A DNA stretch of 64,000 bases from Anthoceros angustus (taxonomy: Eukaryota; Plantae; Anthocerotophyta): the NCBI GenBank assembly GCA_010909165.1, contig MU008217.1, forward strand, positions 1 to 64,000. Direction: 5' to 3'. The notes below the pieces were generated by a model. That model searched no databases. It was not told the DNA's origin and was given only the letters and a program-made list of their open reading frames with translations. The position numbers and the translations under genes were made by a program. Position 1 is the first letter of the stretch. Each line of letters opens with the position of its first letter. This document shows positions 50,601 through 63,230 of this stretch, in pieces.

Positions 50601-53600
50601 CTATAATGTATTTAAAATTGGTCAATATGGATTATTTTTGTGAAAATATATTCAACCGTGGTGGTTGCTCTCAATATCCTAGGCAAATCAATTGTTAACC
50701 GTTGCAAGGATGAGCAATTTTACCGACCACTTATTGTTTGATAGATGTTCAATTTTACCGACCACTTATTGTTTGATAGATGTTCAATTTTATAGACCAC
50801 TTATTGTTTGATAGATGTTCAATTTTATGGACCACTTATTGTTTGATAGATGTTCAATTTTATAGACCACTTATTGTTTGATAGATGTTCAATTTTATAC
50901 ACCACTTATTGTTTGATAGATGTTCAATTTTACCGAGCACTTATTGTTTGATAGATGTTCAATTTTATAGACCACTTATTGTTTGATAGATGTTCAATTT
51001 TATGGACCACTTATTGTTTGATAGATGTTCAATTTTATACACCACTTATTGTTTGATAGATGTTCACGAGGTGGAGCGTGGCGAGGATGAGCAACAACAA
51101 ACCACTTCTTGTTAGGCTTTCCTAAGGTGCAACGCGTTGCGGTGGGCAACTCAACCAACCACTTAGATGATGGCTCCTTTATAGATGACCTTGAATACTA
51201 GATACTATACAGGATATTTGATATTTCCTTTATGGCACGTTCAAGTTGTTTTTCTTGTGATAGGTACTATAAATGGATATATGATATTTCCTTTATGGCA
51301 CGTTCAAGTTGTTTTCTTGTGATAGGTACTATAAATGGATATATGATATTTCCTTTCTAGCATCTTCAAATTGTTTTCTTGTGAATACATAAGCATTGGG
51401 ATTCTCATCTTATCTCCATTTTCAAATTGTTTTCTTGTAATACATACTATTAATGGATATTTGATATTTCCTTTCTAGCATCTTCAAATTGTTTTTCTTG
51501 TGGTAGCGATATTATATTTATATTTGGTATTTTCTTTTGTGGTATCTTTGAATTTTACCGCAATCTATGTAGTTGCCATATTTCAATCCTATGACGAAGA
51601 TCCGTCCTTAGTGGACTTGAATAAATTTCTTCTTCTCTTCATCTTCTTCTTGTTTGAATTTCTTTCACGCTCGTATTGGTCCATCTTAGTAACAAAATGG
51701 CATGGTTGTGCAACTTAACAAACCACTTCTTGTTTGAATTTCTTTCATGGGGATGAATTTGTGGTGTTTAGCCCTCGTTCATGCATGTGGTGACCGCCAC
51801 CGTGGTCCTTTGCCTTAAGCTTGATCAAGTCATGCTTATTCTTTTATTGAGCTTGATCAAGTCATCAAGACTTAGATGATGGCTCCTTTATAGATGACCT
51901 TGAATACTAGATACTATACAGGATATTTGATATTTCCTTTATGGCACGTTCAAGTTGTTTTCTTGTGGTATCTTTGAATTTTACCGAGCACTTATTGTTT
52001 GATAGATGTTCAATTTTATAGACCACTTATTGTTTGATAGATGTTCAATTTTACCTTTGCATTCGTCTAGACCATTTTACCGAGCACTTATTGTTTGATA
52101 GATGTTCACGAGGTGGAGCGTGGCGAGGATGAGCAACAACAAACCACTTCTTGTTCTTCTTCATCTTCTTCATCTTCTTCATTTGTTCTTCTTCATCTTC
52201 TTCATTTGTTCTTCTTGTTAGGCTTTCCTAAGGTGCAAGCGGCAATTAGGAGACCCCAATACTTTAGTGTAGATGAGACCATCCAATTTGTACACCTTTG
52301 ACATAAAGAACTACTCATCATATTATGATTTCAAGGATGATTTCAAGGATGATTTCAAGGATGATTTCAAGGATGATTTCAAGGATGATTTCAAGGATGA
52401 TTTCAAGGATGATTTCAAGGATGAGCAATTTTACCGAGCACTTATTGTTTGATAGATGTTCAATTTTATGGACCACTTATTGTTTGATAGATGTTCAATT
52501 TTATACACCACTTATTGTTTGATAGATGTTCAATTTTACCGAGCACTTATTGTTTGATAGATGTTCAATTTTATAGACCACTTATTGTTTGATAGATGTT
52601 CAATTTTACCGACCACTTATTGTTTGATAGATGTTCAATTTTACCGAGCACTTATTGTTTGATAGATGTTCAATTTTATGGACCACTTATTGTTTGATAG
52701 ATGTTCAATTTTACCGACCACTTATTGTTTGATAGATGTTCAATTTTACCGACCACTTATTGTTTGATAGATGTTCACGAGGTGGAGCGTGGCGAGGATG
52801 AGCAACTTAATAATTAAGTCTCCTCACTTGCCTTCTTAATGTACAACATGTCAATTGAGAACTAAACTACACCAAATCTTTATCAAGGTGCCCAATATTG
52901 CAAGGATGATTTCAAGGATGATTTCAAGGATGATTTCAAGGATGAGCAACAACAAAGAAACATACAACCATATTACATACATATCAGCCCTTCTTGTTAG
53001 GCTTTCCTAAGGTGCAAGCGGCAATTAGGAGACCCCAATACTTTAGTGTAGATGAGACCATCCAATTTGTACACCTTTGACATAAAGAACTACTCATCAT
53101 ATTATGATTTCAAGGATGATTTCAAGGATGATTTCAAGGATGATTTCAAGGATGATTTCAAGGATGATTTCAAGGATGATTTCAAGGATGATTTCAAGGA
53201 TGAGCAATTTTACCGAGCACTTATTGTTTGATAGATGTTCACGAGGTGGAGCGTGGCGAGGATGAGCAATTTTACCTTTGCATTCGTCTAGACCATTTTA
53301 CCGACCACTTATTGTTTGATAGATGTTCAATTTTACCGAGCACTTATTGTTTGATAGATGTTCAATTTTATAGACCACTTATTGTTTGATAGATGTTCAA
53401 TTTTACCGACCACTTATTGTTTGATAGATGTTCAATTTTACCGACCACTTATTGTTTGATAGATGTTCAATTTTATGGACCACTTATTGTTTGATAGATG
53501 TTCACGAGGTGGAGCGTGGCGAGGATGAGCAATTTTACCGACCACTTATTGTTTGATAGATGTTCACGAGGTGGAGCGTGGCGAGGATGAGCAACTTAAT

Positions 53601-56600
53601 AATTAAGTCTCCTCACTTGCCTTCTTAATGTACAACATGTCAATTGAGAACTAAACTACACCAAATCTTTATCAAGGTGCCCAATATTGCAAGGATGATT
53701 TCAAGGATGATTTCAAGGATGATTTCAAGGATGATTTCAAGGATGAGCAATTTTACCGACCACTTATTGTTTGATAGATGTTCACGAGGTGGAGCGTGGC
53801 GAGGATGAGCAATTTTACCGAGCACTTATTGTTTGATAGATGTTCACGAGGTGGAGCGTGGCGAGGATGAGCAATTTTACCACTTATTGTTTGATAGATG
53901 TTCAATTTTATGGACCACTTATTGTTTGATAGATGTTCACGAGGTGGAGCGTGGCGAGGATGAGCAATTTTACCACTTATTGTTTGATAGATGTTCAATT
54001 TTACCGAGCACTTATTGTTTGATAGATGTTCAATTTTATACACCACTTATTGTTTGATAGATGTTCAATTTTATACACCACTTATTGTTTGATAGATGTT
54101 CACGAGGTGGAGCGTGGCGAGGATGAGCAATTTTACCTTTGCATTCGTCTAGACCATTTTACCGAGCACTTATTGTTTGATAGATGTTCACGAGGTGGAG
54201 CGTGGCGAGGATGAGCAATTTTACCACTTATTGTTTGATAGATGTTCAATTTTACCGAGCACTTATTGTTTGATAGATGTTCACGAGGTGGAGCGTGGCG
54301 AGGATGAGCAATTTTACCGAGCACTTATTGTTTGATAGATGTTCAATTTTACCTTTGCATTCGTCTAGACCATTTTACCGAGCACTTATTGTTTGATAGA
54401 TGTTCACGAGGTGGAGCGTGGCGAGGATGAGCAATTTTACCGACCACTTATTGTTTGATAGATGTTCAATTTTATGGACCACTTATTGTTTGATAGATGT
54501 TCACGAGGTGGAGCGTGGCGAGGATGAGCAATTTTACCTTTGCATTCGTCCGCATTGGATGACGAGCACCGCCACGCCTTGCTTTCTTTCACGCTCGTAT
54601 TGGTCCATCTTAGTAACAAAATGGCATGGTTGTGCAACTTAACAAACCACTTCTTGTTAGGCTTTCCTAAGGTGCAAGCGGCAATTAGGAGACCCCAATA
54701 CTTTAGTGTAGATGAGACCATCCAATTTGTACACCTTTGACATAAAGAACTACTCATCATATTATGATTTCAAGGATGAGCAATTTTACCGACCACTTAT
54801 TGTTTGATAGATGTTCACGAGGTGGAGCGTGGCGAGGATGAGCAATTTTACCACTTATTGTTTGATAGATGTTCAATTTTACCACTTATTGTTTGATAGA
54901 TGTTCTAATTGTTTTCTTGTGATAGGTACTATAAATGGATATATGATATTTCCTTTATGGCACGTTCAAGTTGTTTTCTTGTAATACATACTATTAATGG
55001 ATATTTGATATTTCCTTTATGGCACGTTCAAGTTGTTTTCTTGTGGTATCTTTGAATTTCTTTCATGGGGATGAATTTGTGGTGTTTAGCCCTCGTTCAT
55101 GCATTTCATTAACATTATTGATTGAAGATTATTTGTCTTGTTTGAATTTTACCTTTGCATTCGTCTAGACCATTTTACCGAGCACTTATTGTTTGATAGA
55201 TGTTCAATTTTACCGCAATCTATGTAGTTGCCATATTTCAATCCTATGACGAAGATCCGTCCTTAGTGGACTTGAATAAATTTCTTCTTCTTGTTCTTCT
55301 TCATTTGTTCTTCTTCATTTGTTCTTCTTGTTAGGCTTTCCTAAGGTGCAAGCGGCAATTAGGAGACCCCAATACTTTAGTGTAGATGAGACCATCCAAT
55401 TTGTACACCTTTGACATAAAGAACTACTCATCATATTATGATTTCAAGGATGAGCAATTTTACCGAGCACTTATTGTTTGATAGATGTTCAATTTATGGA
55501 CCACTTATTGTTTGATAGATGTTCAATTTATGGACCACTTATTGTTTGATAGATGTTCAATTTTATAGACCACTTATTGTTTGATAGATGTTCAATTTTA
55601 TACACCACTTATTGTTTGATAGATGTTCAATTTATGGACCACTTATTGTTTGATAGATGTTCTAATTGTTTTCTTGTGATAGGTACTATAAATGGATATT
55701 TGATATTTCCTTTATGGCACGTTCAAGTTGTTTTCTTGTAATACATACTATTAATGGATATTTGATATTTCCTTTATGGCACGTTCAAGTTGTTTTCTTG
55801 TGATAGGTACTATAAATGGATATTTGATATTTCCTTTATGGCACGTTCAAGTTGTTTTCTTGTGGTAGCGATATTATATTTATATTTGGTATTTTCTTTT
55901 GTGGTATCTTTGAATTTTACCGAGCACTTATTGTTTGATAGATGTTCAATTTTACCTTTGCATTCGTCTAGACCATTTTACCGACCACTTATTGTTTGAT
56001 AGATGTTCAATTTATGGACCACTTATTGTTTGATAGATGTTCAATTTTACCTTTGCATTCGTCTAGACCATTTTACCGCAATCTATGTAGTTGCCATATT
56101 TCAATCCTATGACGAAGATCCGTCCTTAGTGGACTTGAATAAATTTCTTCTTCTTGTTCTTCTTCTTGTTTGAATTTTACCGAGCACTTATTGTTTGATA
56201 GATGTTCAATTTATGGACCACTTATTGTTTGATAGATGTTCTAATTGTTTTCTTGTGATAGGTACTATAAATGGATATTTGATATTTCCTTTCTAGCATC
56301 TTCAAATTGTTTTCTTGTGAATACATAAGCATTGGGATTCTCATCTTATCTCCATTTTCAAATTTCATGGGGATGAATTTGTGGTGTTTAGCCCTCGTTC
56401 ATGCATTTCATTAACATTATTGATTGATTGAAGATTATTTGTCTTGTTTGAATTTCTTTCATGGGGATGAATTTGTGGTGTTTAGCCCTCGTTCATGCAT
56501 GTGGTGACCGCCACCGTGGTCCTTTGCCTTAAGCTTGATCAAGTCATCCACATTCTTTTATTGAGCTTGATCAAGTCATGCTTATTCTTTTATTGAGCTT

Positions 56601-58369
56601 GATCAAGTCATGCTTATTCTTTTATTGAGCTTGATCAAGTCATGCTTATTCTTTTATTGAGCTTGATCAAGTCATCAAGACTTAGATGACCACAACGTTG
56701 TCTTAGGTCCTCGAGCAACTCATAATTATTGCTTGGTCGCGAGGAATTCATTATTGCTTGGATGTTTGTGCTCTATAATGTATTTAAAATTGGTCAATAT
56801 GGATTATTTTTGTGAAAATATATTCAACCGTGGTGGTTGCTCTCAATATCCTAGGCAAATCAATTGTTAACCGTTGCAAGGATGATTTCAAGGATGATTT
56901 CAAGGATGAGCAATTTTACCGAGCACTTATTGTTTGATAGATGTTCAATTTTATAGACCACTTATTGTTTGATAGATGTTCAATTTTATAGACCACTTAT
57001 TGTTTGATAGATGTTCAATTTTACCTTTGCATTCGTCTAGACCATTTTACCGAGCACTTATTGTTTGATAGATGTTCAATTTTATAGACCACTTATTGTT
57101 TGATAGATGTTCAATTTTACCGCAATCTATGTAGTTGCCATATTTCAATCCTATGACGAAGATCCGTCCTTAGTGGACTTGAATAAATTTCTTCTTCCTC
57201 TTCATCTTCTTCTTCATCTTCTTCTTCTTGTTTGAATTTCTTTCATGGGGATGAATTTGTGGTGTTTAGCCCTCGTTCATGCATTTCATTAACATTATTG
57301 ATTGATTGATTGATTGAAGATTATTTGTCTTGTTTGAATTTCTTTCATGGGGATGAATTTGTGGTGTTTAGCCCTCGTTCATGCATGTGGTGACCGCCAC
57401 CGTGGTCCTTTGCCTTAAGCTTGATCAAGTCATCAAGACTCAATTGCCTTAAGCTTGATCAAGTCATCCACATTCTTTTATTGAGCTTGATCAAGTCATC
57501 AAGACTTAGATGACCACAACGTTGTCTTAGGTCCTCGAGCAACTCATAATTATTGCTTGGTCGCGAGGAATTCATTATTGCTTGGATGTTTGTGCTCTAT
57601 AATGTATTTAAAATTGGTCAATATGGATTATTTTTGTGAAAATATATTCAACCGTGGTGGTTGCTCTCAATATCCTAGGCAAATCAATTGTTAACCGTTG
57701 CAAGGATGATTTCAAGGATGATTTCAAGGACTATCAAACAACAAAATCCAAATGTAAAATTGAACATCTATCAAACAACAAAATCCAAATGTAAAATTGA
57801 ACATCTATCAAACAACAAAACCACTTCTTGTTTGAATTTTACCTTTGCATTCGTCTAGACCATTTTACCGAGCACTTATTGTTTGATAGATGTTCAATTT
57901 TATACACCACTTATTGTTTGATAGATGTTCAATTTTACCTTTGCATTCGTCCGCATTGGATGACGAGCACCGCCACGCCTTGCTTTCTTTTATTGAGCTT
58001 GATCAAGTCATGCTTATTCTTTTATTGAGCTTGATCAAGTCATCCACATTCTTTTATTGAGCTTGATCAAGTCATCAAGACTTAGATGACCACAACGTTG
58101 TCTTAGGTCCTCGAGCAACTCATAATTATTTATGTATGCTATTCTTTGCAACAACAAAATCCAAATGTAAAATTGAACATCTATCAAACAACAAACCACT
58201 TCTTGTTCTTCTTCTTGTTTGAATTTCTTTCATGGGGATGAATTTGTGGTGTTTAGCCCTCGTTCATGCATTTCATTAACATTATTGATTGATTGATTGA
58301 TTGAAGATTATTTGTCTTGTTTGAATTTCTTTCATGGGGATGAATTTGTGGTGTTTAGCCCTCGTTCAT

Positions 58370-58590
58370 GCATGTGGTGACCGCCACCGTGGTCCTTTGC
58401 CTTAAGCTTGATCAAGTCATCAAGACTCAATTTGCCTTCCTTAGCAGCGGTTTCATGCATGTGGTGACCGCCACCGTGGTCCTTTGCCTTAAGCTTGATC
58501 AAGTCATCAAGACTCAATTTGCCTTCCTTAGCAGCGGTTTCATGCATGTGGTGACCGCCACCGTGGTCCTTTGCCTTAAGCTTGATCAAG
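58370..58590 (+). repeat. 87-bp tandem repeat carrying the REF-N codons on the minus strand
   Basis: The minus-strand ORF repeats the 29-aa unit HETAAKEGKLSLDDLIKLKAKDHGGGHHM. Also at ~27455-27630, 47880-48110 (86-bp variant) and 61270-61640 (mixed 87/119 bp). Confidence 0.93.
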
Positions 58591-59462
58591 TCATGCTTAT
58601 TCTTTTATTGAGCTTGATCAAGTCATCCACATTCTTTTATTGAGCTTGATCAAGTCATCAAGACTCAATTTGCCTTCCTTAGCAGCGGTTTCATGCATTT
58701 CATGGCCAAACGGAAAAAACATTACTACAATAATATAAATTAAACCACTAGCACAACAAAATCCAAATGTAAAATTGAACATCTATCAAACAACAAACCA
58801 CTTCTTGTTTGAATTTTACCTTTGCATTCGTCTAGACCATTTTACCGAGCACTTATTGTTTGATAGATGTTCAATTTTATGGACCACTTATTGTTTGATA
58901 GATGTTCAATTTTATAGACCACTTATTGTTTGATAGATGTTCAATTTTACCTTTGCATTCGTCTAGACCATTTTACCGACCACTTATTGTTTGATAGATG
59001 TTCTAATTGTTTTCTTGTAATACATACTATTAATGGATATATGATATTTCCTTTCTAGCATCTTCAAATTGTTTTCTTGTGAATACATAAGCATTGGGAT
59101 TCTCATCTTCTTCATCTTCTTCTTCATCTTCTTCATCTTCTTCTTCTTGTTTGAATTTTACCTTTGCATTCGTCTAGACCATTTTACCGAGCACTTATTG
59201 TTTGAATTTCTTTCATGGGGATGAATTTGTGGTGTTTAGCCCTCGTTCATGCATGTGGTGACCGCCACCGTGGTCCTTTGCCTTAAGCTTGATCAAGTCA
59301 TGCTTATTCTTTTATTGAGCTTGATCAAGTCATCAAGACTCAATTTGCCTTCTTAATGTACAACATGTCAATTGAGAACTAAACTACACCAAATGTCTAA
59401 GAAACAAAGTCGTGGCTCAAGTATCACAAAGTTAGAGACTTCAACTTAAACTGTGAGACAAG

Positions 59463-59579
59463 ATCAAACAATAAGTGGTCTATAAAAATTGAACATCTAT
59501 CAAACAATAAGTGGTCTATAAAAATTGAACATCTATCAAACAATAAGTGGTCTATAAAAATTGAACATCTATCAAACAA
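59463..59579 (-). repeat. Inverted copies of the 35-bp repeat (three 36-bp units)
   Basis: ATCAAACAATAAGTGGTCTATAAAAATTGAACATCT is the reverse complement of the 35-bp unit with one extra A. ATCAAACAA recurs at 59463, 59499, 59535 and 59571. Confidence 0.95.
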
Positions 59580-60119
59580 CAAACCACTTCTTGTTCTTCT
59601 TCTTGTTTGAATTTTACCGACCACTTATTGTTTGATAGATGTTCAATTTTATAGACCACTTATTGTTTGAATTTTACCGAGCACTTATTGTTTGATAGAT
59701 GTTCAATTTTACCGAGCACTTATTGTTTGATAGATGTTCTAATTGTTTTCTTGTGATAGGTACTATAAATGGATATATGATATTTCCTTTATGGCACGTT
59801 CAAGTTGTTTTCTTGTAATACATACTATTAATGGATATATGATATTTCCTTTCCAGATGTTCTAATTGTTTTCTTGTAATACATACTATTAATGGATATA
59901 TGATATTTCCTTTCCAGATGTTCTAATTGTTTTCTTGTAATACATACTATTAATGGATATATGATATTTCCTTTATGGCACGTTCAAGTTGTTTTCTTGT
60001 GATAGGTACTATAAATGGATATATGATATTTCCTTTATGGCACGTTCAAGTTGTTTTCTTGTGAATACATAAGCATTGGGATTCTCATCTTCTTCTTCCT
60101 CTTCATCTTCTTCATCTTC

Positions 60120-63100
60120 TTCATGCATTTCATTAACATTATTGATTGATTGAAGATTATTTGTCTTGTTTGAATTTTACCTTTGCATTCGTCTAGACCA
60201 TTTTACCGCAATCTATGTAGTTGCCATATTTCAATCCTATGACGAAGATCCGTCCTTAGTGGACTTGAATAAATTTCTTCTTCTTCCTCTTCATCTTCTT
60301 CTTCTTCTTGTTCTTCTTGTTCTTCTTCTCTTCTTCTTCTTCTTCTTCTTCTTCTTCTTCTTCTTCTTCTTCTTCTTCTTCTTCTTCTCTTCTTCTTCAT
60401 CTTCTTCTTCTTCTTCTTCATCTTCTTCTTCTTCATCTTCTTCTTCTTACAGTTATTAATTGTATTTAGAAAACTATGAAACTTCTTCACCTCTAGGTAT
60501 TGTATGTATACATGTTTAGTATAGTGATTATTTTCACTAGCATAGTAAATAAAAATTATTTATTTAATTATTTATGTATGCTATTCTTTGCAACAACAAA
60601 GAAACATACAACCATATTACATACATATCAGGCCCTTCTTGTTTCCACCTTTAAAATTTGCATACTAAATTGTGCTAACATGAAGTCTTGCGATATGCAA
60701 TCTCGCATCACTTGACCATGGTACACATCTAGCTCCGCATCCAAGACCTCTGCACTTTTGACTATGGCGGAGGTCGTTGGCTACCTCCTCTTCCTATAAC
60801 ATGTGCCGCCACACTCCCATTTGGGGTCGTTGGTTTGCCGCTTGTATTATCATTCGCATATCAATTGCCTCAATGGTCATTGGTTTGCCATCAAGATCCA
60901 AGTGGTTGTTTGGCTTAGTGGTTCGACGAGCTTTCTTTTATTGAGCTTGATCAAGTCATGCTTATTCTTTGCAACAAAGTCGTGGCTCAAGTATCACAAA
61001 GTTAGAGACTTCAACTTAAACTGTGAGACAAGATCAAACAACAAAATCCAAATGTAAAATTGAAGTTCAAAACCGCCCAATCATATATCGACAAGCTAGG
61101 CACAAGTAACACTAAATATGCACAAGTTCCACTAAGTACTTAAGCATCTAACTGCACACCAAAGTGTGTAGTTACAAACCTTGGAGGTTAAGTAGGGTGC
61201 GATTCGTCTTGCTACACTTGCTTTCTTTTATTGAGCTTGATCAAGTCATCCACATTCTTTTATTGAGCTTGATCAAGTCATCAAGACTCAATTTGCCTTC
61301 CTTAGCAGCGGTTTCATGCATGTGGTGACCGCCACCGTGGTCCTTTGCCTTAAGCTTGATCAAGTCATGCTTATTCTTTTATTGAGCTTGATCAAGTCAT
61401 CAAGACTCAATTTGCCTTCCTTAGCAGCGGTTTCATGCATGTGGTGACCGCCACCGTGGTCCTTTGCCTTAAGCTTGATCAAGTCATGCTTATTCTTTTA
61501 TTGAGCTTGATCAAGTCATCAAGACTCAATTTGCCTTCCTTAGCAGCGGTTTCATGCATGTGGTGACCGCCACCGTGGTCCTTTGCCTTAAGCTTGATCA
61601 AGTCATCAAGACTCAATTTGCCTTCCTTAGCAGCGGTTTCATGCATTTCATTAACATTATTGATTGAAGATTATTTGTCTTGTTTGAATTTTACCTTTGC
61701 ATTCGTCTAGACCATTTTACCGAGCACTTATTGTTTGATAGATGTTCAATTTTACCTTTGCATTCGTCTAGACCATTTTACCGAGCACTTATTGTTTGAT
61801 AGATGTTCAATTTTACCGCAATCATATATCGACAAGCTAGGCACAAGTAACACTAAATATGCACAAGTTCCACTAAGTACTTAAGCATCTAACTGCACAC
61901 CAAAGTGTGTAGTTACAAACCTTGGAGGTTAAGTAGGGTGCGATTCGTCTTGCTACACTTATTGTTTGATAGATGTTCAATTTTACCTTTGCATTCGTCT
62001 AGACCATTTTACCGAGCACTTATTGTTTGATAGATGTTCAATTTTACCTTTGCATTCGTCCGCATTGGATGACGAGCACCGCCACGCCTTGCTTTCTTTT
62101 ATTGAGCTTGATCAAGTCATCAAGACTCAATTTGCCTTCCTTAGCAGCGGTTTCATGCATGTGGTGACCGCCACCGTGGTCCTTTGCCTTAAGCTTGATC
62201 AAGTCATGCTTATTCTTTTATTGAGCTTGATCAAGTCATCAAGACTCAATTTGCCTTCCTTAGCAGCGGTTTCATGCATGTGGTGACCGCCACCGTGGTC
62301 CTTTGCCTTAAGCTTGATCAAGTCATCCACATTCTTTTATTGAGCTTGATCAAGTCATCAAGACTTAGATGACCACAACGTTGTCTTAGGTCCTCGAGCA
62401 ACTCATAATTATTGCTTGGTCGCGAGGAATTCATTATTGCTTGGATGTTTGTGCTCTATAATGTATTTAAAATTGGTCAATATGGATTATTTTTGTGAAA
62501 ATATATTCAACCGTGGTGGTTGCTCTCAATATCCTAGGCAAATCAATTGTTAACCGTTGCAAGGATGAGCAATTTTACCGACCACTTATTGTTTGATAGA
62601 TGTTCAATTTTACCGACCACTTATTGTTTGATAGATGTTCAATTTTATAGACCACTTATTGTTTGATAGATGTTCAATTTTATGGACCACTTATTGTTTG
62701 ATAGATGTTCAATTTTATAGACCACTTATTGTTTGATAGATGTTCAATTTCTTGACCACTTATTGTTTGATAGATGTTCAATTTTACCGAGCACTTATTG
62801 TTTGATAGATGTTCAATTTTATAGACCACTTATTGTTTGATAGATGTTCAATTTTACCGAGCACTTATTGTTTGATAGATGTTCAATTTTATACACCACT
62901 TATTGTTTGATAGATGTTCACGAGGTGGAGCGTGGCGAGGATGAGCAACTTAACAAACCACTTCTTGTTAGGCTTTCCTAAGGTGCAACGTTGCAAGGAT
63001 GAGCAACTTAACAAACCACTTAGATGATGGCTCCTTTATAGATGACCTTGAATACTAGATACTATACAGGATATTTGATATTTCCTTTCTAGCATCTTCA

Positions 63101-63230
63101 AATTGTTTTCTTGTGATAGGTACTATAAATGGATATTTGATATTTCCTTTATGGCACGTTCAAGTTGTTTTCTTGTAATACATACTATTAATGGATATAT
63201 GATATTTCCTTTCTAGCATCTTCAAATTTC
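60120..63230 (+). repeat. Re-ordered part-unit resembling 2330-4680 of macro-unit 1
   Basis: Mostly the same module order, with some scrambled insertion at ~61.6-62.1 kb. ORF pairs 2365/60166 and 2673/60500. The 35-bp cassette has the same variant order, including the rare CTTGA unit. Confidence 0.8.
60705..61290 (-). pseudogene. ALY: ALY remnant in the re-ordered part-unit
   Basis: SLDDLIKL ~61290, exon 1 end 61180 with GT at 61179, in-frame NNHLDLDGKPMTIEAI ~60900-60860, REF-C 60759-60718. Confidence 0.72.

Noticed and set aside
18780-60000. Phi29/MDA chimeras as the sole explanation
   Set aside because: MDA chimeras are predominantly inverted, whereas nearly all joins here are direct. 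Not fully excluded without library metadata.
18780-60000. A simple fixed-order Markov or shuffled sequence
   Set aside because: Conserved cassette order over 58 kb, regional variant clustering and compositional domains require long-range memory. Context-aware artefacts remain possible.
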